The notes under the pieces: generated by a model | Seen by the model: only the letters and a program-made list of their open reading frames with translations | Database searches by the model: none | What the model was told of the DNA's origin: nothing | In this document: positions 8,817 to 20,770 of the stretch, piece after piece | Layout: the number at the start of each line of letters is the position of its first letter | Numbering within the stretch: the stretch's first letter is position 1 | Program-made: the position numbers and the translations under genes | NCBI GenBank assembly: GCA_030390025.1 | Contig: CM059431.1 | Location: forward strand, 126,358,001 to 126,422,000 | Reading direction: 5' to 3' | Origin: Squalus acanthias | Lineage: Eukaryota | Length of the DNA: 64,000 nucleotides

Positions 8817-10466
8817 TGTAGAATTCGCAATATATCGCGATTTTATTAATAAGGAGAAAACACAGAGTCTCGTTCAAACAGCTTTTATTTCAGCAGAATA
8901 CTGCCAGGTTTTTTCAAAGTGGACACAAGCAGCCTGTAAAATGGCCGCCGCACCTCGTGACAGAACATTCTAGACTTTTCGACAGGCAGACAAGATGGCG
9001 TTCCAATAAACATTTGTGCAAGATCGATTAAGATTCAGCACAGTGAAGATAATACACGAGACATTATGGGTTTACAGTATACACATAAATACTGAAATCG
9101 GTCTCCCAGGTACGAATGAAAGCTATTGTACCGAGTAATCAGGGGCCCATCCAAAAGACATTAATATGTAAAATCCCAACGACTCTACGATGAGAGAGCC
9201 GTTAGCAGGTAGTTATACAAAACACTTGGAAGCCCCAAAACCCCTCCAGGGAGAACACCGACCGATTTAACAATGGGAGAAATATTAACAGGTACTCAGA
9301 CATTTACGAGTAGCCCCGAAACCCATTAAGAACGGAGATCACCCATACAAGACATTTGAGCGCCAGACCCTAACAAAAGAAAGGACATTAAGGTTGGGCG
9401 GGAAACGGAAGATTTTGTACTATAATTACAAGCTCCAACCGTCCATCTTTCTCTTATTCTCTTATCCGATCGACTCGTAACCTCGTGGCTGCTCCTGCGT
9501 TTTGACTCGTAGTCTGGTTCCTGTTTGCCTGGTGCCTTTTTGAAAAAAGACTGTTGAACTTTCTGATCCGTTCGGATCTACCTCGTGTGGCGTAACGAAG
9601 ACCTATGTTGGTAACTGGCAGCGGAACCAAAGGCCCGAGATGAGATGAGATGAGATGAGATGAGATGAGAAGAGAGGAAGACCATACTCATCGCCACGGT
9701 CAGTAAATCCCGACCGCGCCTTGAGGTCGAATAGCCAAGTTTTCCTTGCCAGGAAGACTTCTTTGAACTTGCAAGAACGGTTCATCATCGATGATATTGA
9801 CTGAGCTGTGAAACCTGCTCGGAAAAGTACCTGTTAAACCAACCAACACAGATCTTCATCACAGCAGACGGTCCAGCCTGCTAGCCGGAGCAGAAGCAAG
9901 TAAACAAGTGGGACCAGGAGATCTCCTGACCGACACGTGGGTGCTGCGGTGAAAAACATCCGATCAGCTATTCGGAATTTCTCCGAGTTATCACGAGTGG
10001 TGAGCATGAGTCTCGAAATCCTACGAATCTAGTTAGGACAGATATTGATAGGGGAGGGTTTAAGTATTAAGGATACTTGTAATGTGTGCCCCTATTTACG
10101 GTGTGTCGTTCGTTCCTCGTTTCCCTAGGATCAGCTATATAACTGCTTGTAAGATTGTACTGTCATTAATCTGTGCTTATGACATGTATTTCATAATCTT
10201 AAATATCATGCAATAAAGATTTTCCATTTCGTACCATTCAACCGAGTCTACATGAGTTTCATCTCCATTACTGCTCTCGCATCTAAGTCCAGTGTCTAGA
10301 ACCGTAAGGGCGAGTGATTCGAACCACTCACAGGTGTGTCTAGTGCTCCCAGACTGGCTGGAGACCAGAACAGGCAACAAGGCCTAAACCCGCACTGACA
10401 TACAGGCTGCACAGAGCCGCGTGAATCTCACAGGCTGCGAGACACGCAGGGTCAGAATCCCTTACA
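8817..10466 (+). repeat. 3' LTR
   Basis: Copy of 1120-2769; the only difference I spotted is T1675 vs A9372. Confidence 0.97.
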
Positions 10467-11051
10467 CGCCTTAAGAGAGGTGTGTAGTGCCTGATTTAGC
10501 GCTGCAATCACCTCCAGGGGTGATAGAAGCCAAGTTTGCAGTCGGAGGCTAAACTTTGCGCCCAACCGATAATTGCGTCCCAAACGGGGCGATACCGAAT
10601 TTCCCCCCCTTTCTTTCTTATTACCAGTATAGATTTGTAGATGTCACAATCCATAGGTTAATGATCAGCACAAATAGTGATTGAAACCCAACAGGCAGAA
10701 TGTGTATATGTGTATAATTAATTAACACCCACCACTTTGACCAGTATAAACTTTATAGAGCTTGGGAAATGCATGCACTGGAATTAACCTAGCTTCAGTC
10801 CAAGGTTTTTGAAAAATTTGCCTACTACAGGGATTTTGGAAATTTTTGCACAATGGTTAGCCACTTGAGATGGCTGAGTGAGAGGCAGATATTTTTATGT
10901 CATTGTGCTGGTGACATTGTATGTATGGTGATTGCTAGTGAAGACAGGAAACCCTGTTGTGTCTAAGATGTTGCTAACATAGAATGACCAGAGGACCCAT
11001 TCCACAGAACTCTAAATGTCCAATAATTTTAAATAAAGAGAACACCCTGTA

Positions 11052-11143
11052 AGGAAATAGCACTCTATTTTAATCATTTGAGTTTTATTTTTCATGAAGA
11101 TGTAAAATAAAACTCAAATGATTAAAATAGAGTGCTATTTCCT
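11052..11143. repeat. Perfect 40-bp inverted repeat with 12-nt spacer
   Basis: 11052-11091 is the exact reverse complement of 11104-11143. Confidence 0.95.
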
Positions 11144-12339
11144 ATCAACTTTCATCAGGAAGGGACACAATAATTGCGTAAACTAAATGTGTTGATTATT
11201 GCATTTGTATGAAGTTGCTAACCCAATGTTGTCTAAAATTGGTCCACCAACCAACAGTTTTCCCTTTAATGTGGTAAGAGATAAGTGAGTTGCGAAGAAA
11301 ATGTACTATTTGAATGAATATTTTTCTAACAGGATGTAGTATTGAAACAATCGTGTTCAAAAAATTTACATTAACAGCTTGAGCTCTAAACCTTTTGATC
11401 TTGTTGTTACTTTGAGTCTCCCTCTGATGTATTCCTTTAAGCACAATGAGCACGTGCTTATCGCTGTAGAAAATTGAGGATTGCCAGACTGATTGAAAGA
11501 TGAGAGGACGCAGGGTGAGTCCATCTGTCAACTAGTCTATTCCTATTTCCTACACATGTACAAGAGTGTCACTGCCAATCAATCATACCATCAAAACACT
11601 GAGAAAAATCTTATTCATTTTTTGAAGCTTTTTTATGTAGCGAAAATGGGTTGGGACTTGTGTGATGCAACACATTGCCTGGTTCATGAAGCTATCCTTG
11701 ATACGTTAAAATATCTTTAAATAATTTTGAAAGGATGACCGGGAGTAGAATTGTTAAATGTGTACATTACAAAACTTATGGTTCTTCATTTACAGCAAAA
11801 TCTCAAAGAGAAAGAGTCCCTTTTCCTTCAGCCGAAAATGCTTAAGTTACAACCAGCAAATATCAAACTTATTACAGCCTGTGTATTTTTTTTTGTTGGC
11901 AAGACTGTTATGATAAAGTCCGCATAGCTGGACCAAGAAATTCGATCGCGTTTTTGGACATGGCGGGTGCCGTTCACACGCACATATCGCACCGGAATTA
12001 CGCCACCCGCTGTATTGGCACCCCATAGTTGTCCAGGGCGAGCAAAAACCTCATTATAATATTAAAGTAAGGGTCTTACGCTGCTTGTAGGACCCTTTCA
12101 TGAAATTGGTATGCCTCAGCACCTGAATTGCCATGTCATAAACTCACCCAACAAATCATGCAGTCAGCAAGGTCCCTCTATGAGTGCTATTTAAAGTGCT
12201 CATCCCCTCCATACAGGTTAGTTGTTTATTTGTCCTTTCAACTTCTGGGACCTTGCCTGGTGAGCTTGTCTGCAGAAAAACTGACGTTTGTGTTCTGGGG
12301 ACATGCCTTGCACAGAGTTTATTTGCCTTATGCGAGCTC

Positions 12340-13420
12340 CATTAGATCTTCCTTTGGGGTTGGAGGAGGAGGAGCAGCAGGATCAAGAAGACTCCAGAGA
12401 GCAGGAGCAACTGGGAGAAGAGGGGGGGGAGGAGGAGGGCACTGCACAAGGAGCCCTACCCACAACACGTCTTCAGGCAACACTTATGCTATCTCAATCT
12501 GATGAAGGAGCAATGTGTGAGGCTACTGCGCTTCAGCAGGGAGGCTGTAACTGAGCTCTGTCACCTGCGGCAGACACAACTGAAGCCCCAAACCAAGCCA
12601 TGGACAGCACTGCCTGTGGTTGCCAAGGTCACCGTAGCCCTTAACTTCCATGCCACAGGCTCCTTTCAGGCTGCAGCAGGTAATGCCAGTGACAGCTACC
12701 AGTTTGCTATATGCTGCTGCATAAGGGAGGCTTTCTACTCCACGTGGAATAACTAAATCTCCATCCCCATGGACCAAGTGAAGTAGGATGAGAGGGCACT
12801 AGGTTTCGCCAGCATTGCACGGTTCTATAGACTGCACACATTTTTTTGCATGCTCCCCATCAGCAGCTTGTCATTGTTATGAACAGAAAGGTATAACACT
12901 CTCTTAGTGTACAGCTTGCATGCGACCACAGGTAGCGAACAAAGGTAGCGAACAACATGGCAGCATCCATGATTCATTCATCCTGCGCCAGTGCTCTATC
13001 TCACCTCCACTTCAACCAGCCCATCAATTTGGAAGCTATCTACTTGGCAATAAGGTGTACCGCTTGGTTCATGACTCCTATCTGGAACTGTGGCACAGAG
13101 GCCAAGCTGGCCTACAATGAGAGTCATGCTGCCAGAAGAAACCTCATTCAGCAGATCATCGACATGCTGAAACAATGGTTCTGCTGCCTGTACCATTCTG
13201 GAAGAGCTCTGCAGTACACCCCTAATGGTGTCTCCAAATTTGTAGTGGTGTGCTGCAACTTCCATAATTCTGCCATGCAGATGGACCAGCCCTTACCACC
13301 ACCTGGGCAGTAACAAATGGAGGAGGAAGAGAAGGGAGAGCAGGATTAACATCACCCACCAGACCTGCTAGCTGCCAGAGCTCTCAAAGAACAACTGATA
13401 GATGAGTGCTTCAGCTGAAT
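12340..13420 (+). pseudogene. Decayed Harbinger DDE transposase (HARBI1-like), part of an element starting near 11930
   Basis: Fragments CVRLLRFSREAVTELCHL...LPVVAKVTVALNFHATGSFQ, HGSIHDSFILR, YNESHAARRNLIQQIIDMLKQWFCCL, with stops and frameshifts. Confidence 0.8.
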
Positions 13421-13720
13421 GATCCCTCCCCTCCCCAATACATGAACAGTCATGGTATCCATAGAATCACGGCCCTCACAGCTACTATCTGAATGTGCTC
13501 CTAAAGATAAAATTCATGGGTGTTGCACTTACTTTATTAAGAACCTTATGACCGACACCAATTCCAGAAAAAAAGTTTGACTACAATAACTCAGTTCAGA
13601 TTTGGTAATAGTTAACTTGCAGAATTTAGAATCACTCTTGTGCAAACCCTTAGTGTCTGTCTTGTGTGCTCGTTTAACTATCCTATTGTTCTTATGCAGT
13701 GTATTCCCAGTGGCAAAAGC

Positions 13721-14828
13721 TTTTTTTATTTGTTCATGGGACGTGGGCGTCGCCGGCAAGACTAGCATTTATTGCCCATCCCTAATTGTCCTTGAGGAGG
13801 TAGTGGTGAGCCGCCTTCTTGAAGCGGTCCCATGCGCCTGCTGCCCTTGTCCTTCTAGGTGGTAGAGGTCGTGGGTTTGGGAGGTGCTGTCGAAGAAGCC
13901 TTGTCGCGTTGCTGCAGTGCATCTTGTAGGTGGTACACACTGCAGCCAAGGTGCGCCAGTGGTGGAGGGAATGAATGTTTAAGGTGGTGGATGGGGTGCC
14001 AATCAAGCGGGCTGCTTTGTCCTAGATGGTGTTGAGCTTCTTGAGTGTTGTTGGAGCTTCACTTATCCAGGCAAGTGGAGAGTATTCCATCACACACCTG
14101 ACTTGTGCCTTGTAGATGGTGGAAAGGCTTTGGGGTGTCAGGAGGTGAGACACTTGCTGCAGAATACCCAGCCTCTGACCTGCTCTTGTAGCCACAATAT
14201 TTATGTGGCTGGTCCAGTTAAGTTTCTGGTCAATGGTGACTTCACCCTCAGGATGTTGATGGTGGGGGATTCAGTGATGCTAATCCTGTTGAATGTCAAG
14301 GGGAGGTGGCTAGACGCTGTCTTGTTGGAGATAGTCATTACCTGGCATTGTGTGGCATGAATGTTACTTGCCACTTATCAGCCCAAGCCTGAATGTCATC
14401 CAGGTCTTGCTGCATGTGGGCACAGACTGCTTTATTATCTGAGGAGTTGCGAATGGAACTGAACACTGTTCAATCATCAGCGAAGATCCCCATGTCCGAC
14501 CTTATGATGGAGGGAAGGTCATTGACAAAGCAGCTGAAGATGGCTGGGCCTAGGACACTGCCATGAGGAATTCCTGCATCGATGTCCTTGGGCTGAGATG
14601 ATTGTCCTCCAACAACCACAACCATCTTCCATTGTGCTAGGTATGATTCCAGCCAGTGGAGAGTTTTCCCCCCTGATTCCTATTGACTTCAATTTTACTA
14701 GGGCTCCTTGATGCCACACTCGGTCAAATGCTGCCTTGACGTCAAGGGCAGTCACTGTCACCTCCCCTCTGGAATTCAGCTCTTTTGTCCATGTTTGGAC
14801 TAAGGCTGTAATGAAGTCTGGAGCTGCT
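13721..14828 (-). mobile_element. 5'-truncated CR1-group (CR1/Crack/Daphne-like) LINE, RT C-terminus and 3' end
   Basis: ALDVKAAFDRVWHQG, ...KKAAHHYLLKDN and an A-rich tail; same family as 18031-20522. Confidence 0.88.
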
Positions 14829-15789
14829 GAAAGCAGCTGTAATTTGTCAGGTAGATTGTATAAGATGAGATAGAAGTGAGAAGAGAAAAAGTGGCAAGAT
14901 GTGACGAAACCCTGTGAGCAGCCTCCTCCAGCCTTTCCAGTTGCCACAAATATGACTCGTCCCCTGCCCTTCTTGTCAGGGACCTGCTGCTCCAGTGGCA
15001 ACGGAATATGTAAGCAGCTTGTCCTCCGTCATGTTGTGTGACATCTTGTCCTGCAAGAAAGAATAGAGTGTGTTAGTGAAAGCCTCGTGAGGTGTTTTAA
15101 GAATGTGCCTGACAGGGTCAAATAGAGTGGATGTTGTGTGAAAAATGTCAGCAAGGTGAGAGTTCTAATAGTACTGAGAGTAGGAGTGGCAGAATGTGTG
15201 CGTATCAGGTTATCTGTGGTTATGAAAACTCTTTATCAAATATACACTTCAATATCTGGTTCAACTGAGAGGGACCTCAGAGGAAAAGATTGAAATACAC
15301 AATTCAGCTGAACAGGTTCTCTAAATTCCAGGAGAGTATTTAAAGAGTCAAAACAAGAAAAAGTGTGGATCTACAGCAGGCACCACAGTGATCAACGGAG
15401 CAGTCACTGAACATTTATCCTTTATTTTAGGGCACATTGATGCAGTTATTGTTAACTGCCATTCAGATTATTGTCATATTGAGAAAGAAAATGACTAACG
15501 GTGGTTGTCCAGCTCAGGAAGATGCTGATTCATTGAGGGTCTATCTAATTTGTGCTTTATCTTAACCTCCTCTTTCATTTAATCTCTTTCCTGAATAGTT
15601 TATCTTTTCCATAAATGTCTTCTATTTAATTTTGGTGTTTTTATTCCTCTTATACTGTGGTGGTAATGATACGATTAGAGGCTGCTGTTGTGGAAATATA
15701 AGGAACTGCATAGACAGAAATCATGGCACTATGGTGTCTCTAATGGGAAAAATGGCTCGAATTGCATTACAAATGCTGAACCATACAGT

Positions 15790-16648
15790 GAGAGGTGACC
15801 AAAAGTTTGCTCAAAGAGATAGGTACGAAGAAGGCCTTTTAAGTCAGAGAGAGAAGTAGAGAGGCAGAGAATTTAGGGAATCAGTTCCTAAAAGTAGGGT
15901 CAAGGCAGCAGAAGACCTTGCCACCAATGGTGGGAAGAAGAAAGAGGGGATATATGGAATGTAAGAATCAGAGAACTGAAGGGTGCAGGGAGGATACAGG
16001 TCTGGAGGAAGTTGTAGAGGCAAGTTGGGCAAGGCTGTGGAATGATTTGAAGATAAGAATGAGGATTTTAAAATCAATGTGTTGGTGGACGAGGAACCAA
16101 TTTGGGTCAGTGAGGATGGGATGACTGGAAAACTAGACTTAGCATGGAACATAATGCGTGTGGTGGAATTTTTAATGAGTTGGAGTTTATGGGCTGGATT
16201 TTCATAGACCCGTGGAGGCGGGTTTGGAGGCGTGTGGGGGGTTAAAATTGTGAAAAGTGGCGGGCGGACCTGATCCCACCTCCATTCCAGCTCCACGCAA
16301 TTTTGATGAAATCATGTGCAGTGGTCCCGTCTCCGTCCCGCCTCCAAGAGGCGGGAGAGGCCATTAAAGCCCTTAACAAGCCCTAAATTGGCTCTGTAAT
16401 GCCATTTTGAAACGTTTTAGCTAGTTTAACCCTTTTCCCATGTGAAGCACGCCTGATCTGAAACACGCCAGTGAAACCTATGGGAGCAAAAGTGGATAGC
16501 TGACTATCAGCTGCAGGTCCACTATTACAACGGAGATGTGATGAAGGTAGTAGTAGTATTAGGTCTGAAAGTCGCCTCTGATGCTGCTGCATTGAATGTC
16601 TTCAGAGACTGCCTGGCCTTTGCTGTGAGAGGACCTAGATGCAAAAAA

Positions 16649-16693
<45 letters not shown>

Positions 16694-17205
16694 TCTCCCC
16701 TCTCTCTCTCTCTCTCTCTGAGATGCTGCTCATTTTGCATCCAGGTCCTCTCACACCAAAGGCCAGGCAGTCTCTGACCTGCAATGCAGCAACAATGATG
16801 ACATCATCAGAGGTGACTTTCAGACTGAAAACACTAATTGGTTCATGGGTTCCCACATGCTGGGAACTCAATTGCCCAATTAAGTGAAAATTGCATCAAT
16901 CTCCCACATCCAATTGCAGTCGGGTGGATAACACGAAATGCGGATGACACGAACCCAACCCGCCCCAGTATCAAAATCCAGCCCTATGTGTGGGTAGAGA
17001 ATATGAGGCCATCAAGAAAAACATTGGAGGAACCTAATCTAGAGTTGACAAAAGTGTGAATAAGGGCTTAAGTGATTGTAATAGGTGATGTAGGGGCTGA
17101 GGCAGATGATATTACAGAGGTGGAATTAAGTAGTCTTGGTGATGGAAAGGATATGGGGTCTGAAGCATAGCTTTGGATCTGACAAGATGCTGATGTTTTG
17201 CACTT
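15790..17205 (-). mobile_element. Old L2-like LINE 3' fragment, interrupted by the MITE at 16191-16984
   Basis: Minus-strand HKLQLIKNSTTRIMFHAKSSFPVIP... resembles L2 RT C-terminal KLQLIQNSAAR; the sequence continues across the MITE. Confidence 0.6.
16191..16984. mobile_element. Harbinger-type MITE with internal (CT)n
   Basis: TIR gggctggatttt/aaaatccagccc; 3-bp TSD TAT; inverted homolog at 26304-26969. Confidence 0.88.
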
Positions 17206-18030
17206 CCGAGCAAGTTATCCACCTCCTATTAAAAGCATAACAATACAGCACTTGTGTTCTTGTTTATGTTGTTTTCTCTCTGGTTTTCGATTCACATGAT
17301 ATTCTAGAACTGTGAGATGGCAATTGCTCATCTGTTATTAAGAGGCTGAGAATTGTAACTTTCCTGGATTTTCCAATCGGCACACCTTTAACACCTGTGG
17401 TAAGCCAAAATAGATTATGGCTCATGTTAAAGTAATGGCCTAGACTGCTCTCTCCTATTACAGATTCACTCTACTAATCATTTGTAGCAGTAATCCAATG
17501 CTTGGTTGTCACCAATGTACAAAGTCTTTATTTTAGAGGGTCCATTTGGGCTTTCATTTATCATTAGGTTCGTTTAAATTTTGGGGTTTAGGTGTAACTT
17601 AAAACTATGGAATCATTAAAGTTATGAAAGGATGGATTCCAGGGTGAAAAATAACATGAATTGAAGAATTTAAGAGTTGAACAAGAGAAACTACATAGCA
17701 TGTATAGGAAATGCAACATCACCACTTCATTCTTGGAGACTTAGAGCTAGAAATTCGTGGCCTTAGTGTCACTCTGTAGCACCATTAAATGGTGCTAAAA
17801 CGGCGGCTGCTGCTTTTTGACCGGCTGCTGGCAGTTCCAGCGGAGTCCGCGGTTTTCATCCCTACCTTTGCACTGCCGGTAACTGGCAGCTCCATCCCCA
17901 ACAAAATGGCGCATTGTGACGTAAATCGGCATGCAACGCCGAATTTACGTCACAAGCATGAACTTTGACCCTAGCGCTGAATTCAGTCTGACAGTAACGA
18001 TGTCTGCAGCTCTTAAAGGGACACACGCAC

Positions 18031-20522
18031 CACTTGGAAGAAGCACTGAGAGTAGCAAGGGCACAGAATGTAGACATGATGGGGACTTCAATGTTTATCA
18101 CCAAGAGTGGCTCGGGAGCACCACTACTGGCCGAGTCCTGAAGGACATAACTGCCAGTCTGGGCCTGCGACAGGTGGTGAGTGAACCAACAAGAGGGAAA
18201 AACCTACTTGACCTTGTCCTCAGCAATCTACCTGTCGCAGATGCATCTGTCATGACAGCATTGGCAGCAGTGACCACCGCACAGTAATTGTGGAGACAAA
18301 GTCCCATCTTCACACTGAGAACACCCTCCATCGTGTTGTGTGGCACTACCACCGTGCTAAATGGGATAGATTCAGAACAGATCTAGCAGCTCAAAACTGG
18401 GCATCCTTGAGGCGCTGTGGGCCATCAGCAGCAGCAGAATTGTATTCCACCACAATCTGTAACCGGCATATCCCTCACTCTACCATTACCACCAAGCCAG
18501 GGGACCAACCCTGGTTCAACAACGAGTGTAGAAGAGCATGCCAGGAGCAGCACCAGGCGTACCTAAAAATGAGGTGCCAACCTGGGGAAGCTGCAACACA
18601 GGACTACATGCATGCTAAAAAGTGGAAGCAGCATGCTATAGACAGGGCTAAGCGATTCCACAATCAACGGATCAGATCAAAGCTCTGCAGTCCTGCCACA
18701 TCCAGTCGTGAATGGTGGTGGAACATTAACAACCAACGGGAGGAGGAGGCTCCAAGAATATTCCCATCCTCAATGATGGTAGAGCCCAGCACATGAGTGC
18801 AAAAGACAAGGTTGAAGCGTTTGCAACCAACTTCAGCCAGAAGTGCCGAGTGGATGATTCATATCGGCCTACTCCCGGGGTCCCCACCATCAGAGAAGCC
18901 AGCCTTCAGCCAATTCGATTCACTCCATGTGATATCAAGAAATGGCTGAGCGCACTGAATACAGCAAAGGCTATGGGCCCCGACAACATCCCGGCTATCG
19001 TGCTGAAGACTTGTGCTCCAGAACTAGCCGCACCTCTTGCCAAGCTGTTCCAGTACAGCTACAACACTGGCATCTATCCGACAATGTGGAAAACTGCCCA
19101 GGCATGTCCTGTCCACAAAAAGCAAGACAAATCCAACCCGGCCAATTACCGCCCCATCAGTCTACTCTCAATCATCAGCAAAGTGATGGAAGGTGTCATC
19201 GACAGTGCTATCAAGCGGCACTTACTCATCAATAACCTGCTCACTGATGCCCAGTTTGGGTTCCGCCAAGACCACTCAGCTCCTGACCTCATTACAGCCT
19301 TGGTCCAAACATGGGCAATGGAGCTGAATTCCAGAGGTGAGGTGAAAGTGACTGCCCTTGACATCAAGGCAGCATTTGACCGAGTCTGGCATCAAGGAGC
19401 CCCAGTAAAACTGAAGTCAATGGGAATCAGGGGGAAAATACTCCACTGGCTGGAGTCATACCTAGAACAAAGGAAGATGGCTGTGGTGGTTGAATGTCAA
19501 TCATCACAGCCCCAGGACATCGCTGCAGGAGTTCCTCAGGGCAGTGTCCTAGGCCCAACCAACTTCAGCTGCTTCATCAATGACCTTCCCTCCAACATAA
19601 GGTCAGAAATGGGGATGTTCGCTGATGACTACACAGTGTTCAGCGCCATTCGCAACTCCACAGATAATGAAGCAGTCCATACCCGTGTGCAACAAGACCT
19701 GGACGACATTCAGGCTTGGGCTGATAAGTGGCAGGTAAAATTCGCGCCACAGAAATGCCAGGCAATGACTATCTCCAACAAGCGAGAGTCTAACCACATC
19801 CCCTTGACATTCAATGGCATTACCATCGCCAAATCCCCCACTATCAACATCCTGGCGGTCATCATTAACCAGAAACTTAACTGGACCAGCCACATAAATA
19901 CTGTGGCAGCAAGAGCAGCTCAGAGGCTAGGTATCCTGCGGCGAGTGTCTCACCTCCTGACTCCCCAAAGCCTTTCCACCATCTACAAGGCACAAGTAAG
20001 GAGTGTGATGGAATACTCTCCACTTGCCTGGATGAGTGCAGCTCCAACAACACTGAAGAAGCTCGACACCATCCAGGACAAAGCAGCCCGCTTGATTGGC
20101 ACCCCATCCACCACCTTAAACATTCACTCCCTCCACCATCGGCGTACCGTGGCTAGAGTGTGTACCATCTACAAATGCACTGCAGCAACTCGCCAAGGCT
20201 TCTTCGGCAGCACCTCTCAAACCCGCAACCTCTTCCACCTAGAAGGACAAGGGCAGCAGGCACATGGGAACACCACCACCTCCAAGTTCCCCTCCAAGTC
20301 ACACACCATCCTGACTTAGAAATATATCGCCGATCCTTCATCGTCGCTGGGTCAAAACCCTGGAACTCCCTACCTAACAGCACTGTGGGAGTACCATCAC
20401 CACACGGACTGCAGCGTTTCAAGAAGGCGGCTCACCACCACCTTCTCAAGGGCATCTAGGGATGGGCAATAAATGCTGGCATTGCCTGCGACGCCCTGAT
20501 CCCATAAACGAATAAAAACAAA
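18031..20522 (+). mobile_element. CR1-group LINE (endonuclease C-terminus + RT), frameshifted
   Basis: PTRGKNLLDLVLSN, PWFN, NYRPISLLS, QGSVLGP, FADD; tail aataaaaacaaa. Confidence 0.92.
18793..20319 (+). pseudogene. Non-LTR reverse transcriptase (ORF2 fragment)
   Basis: 508-aa ORF with RT motifs; separated from upstream and downstream ORF2 parts by frameshifts. Confidence 0.9.
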
Positions 20523-20650
20523 GGTAAGTTTGAATTTAAGGTTTTGGACTGGTGGCTTACTGCAATAGATGTGAAATGTTTTTTGAGTATGTAGGGAGTG
20601 CTGCTGGGCGCTTGCAAGGTCTCAGATGGTAAATGAAGGCCTTTGAGAAG

Positions 20651-20770
20651 ACAGAACATGCTGCAAATACTCAGCAGGTCACGCAACATCAGTGGAGAGA
20701 AAAACATAGTTCACGTCTCAGGTCGAGACGCTTCCTGACCAGCTGAGTATTTCCAGTATTTTATGCTGTC
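20651..20770. repeat. Short palindromic repeat, probably a Penelope-like terminal fragment
   Basis: Imperfect inverted arms aaatactcagc.ggtca / tgacc.gctgagtattt; family assignment from memory only. Confidence 0.4.

Larger units (their letters stand above)
1120..10466 (+). mobile_element. Full-length LTR provirus-like element, gag-(readthrough ORF)-env, lacking pol
   Basis: Two 1650-bp TG...CA LTRs; TSD CGCC (1116-1119, 10467-10470); PBS-like TGG after the 5' LTR; purine tract before the 3' LTR; gag and env ORFs; no RT/IN motifs. Confidence 0.95.
412..10609. mobile_element. Non-autonomous PIF/Harbinger-type MITE (~850 bp when empty) split by the LTR element
   Basis: Terminal inverted repeats (TIRs) ggggggaaaattcggt / accgaatttccccccc with TTT flanks. 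Segments 412-1119 and 10471-10609 are colinear with the uninterrupted copy at 39930-40704. Confidence 0.8.

Noticed and set aside
11196..11531. Possible host exon or 111-aa ORF in unique sequence
   Set aside because: Splice-like sites exist, but the plus-strand candidate exon has stops in all frames and the minus-strand peptide resembles nothing I recognise.
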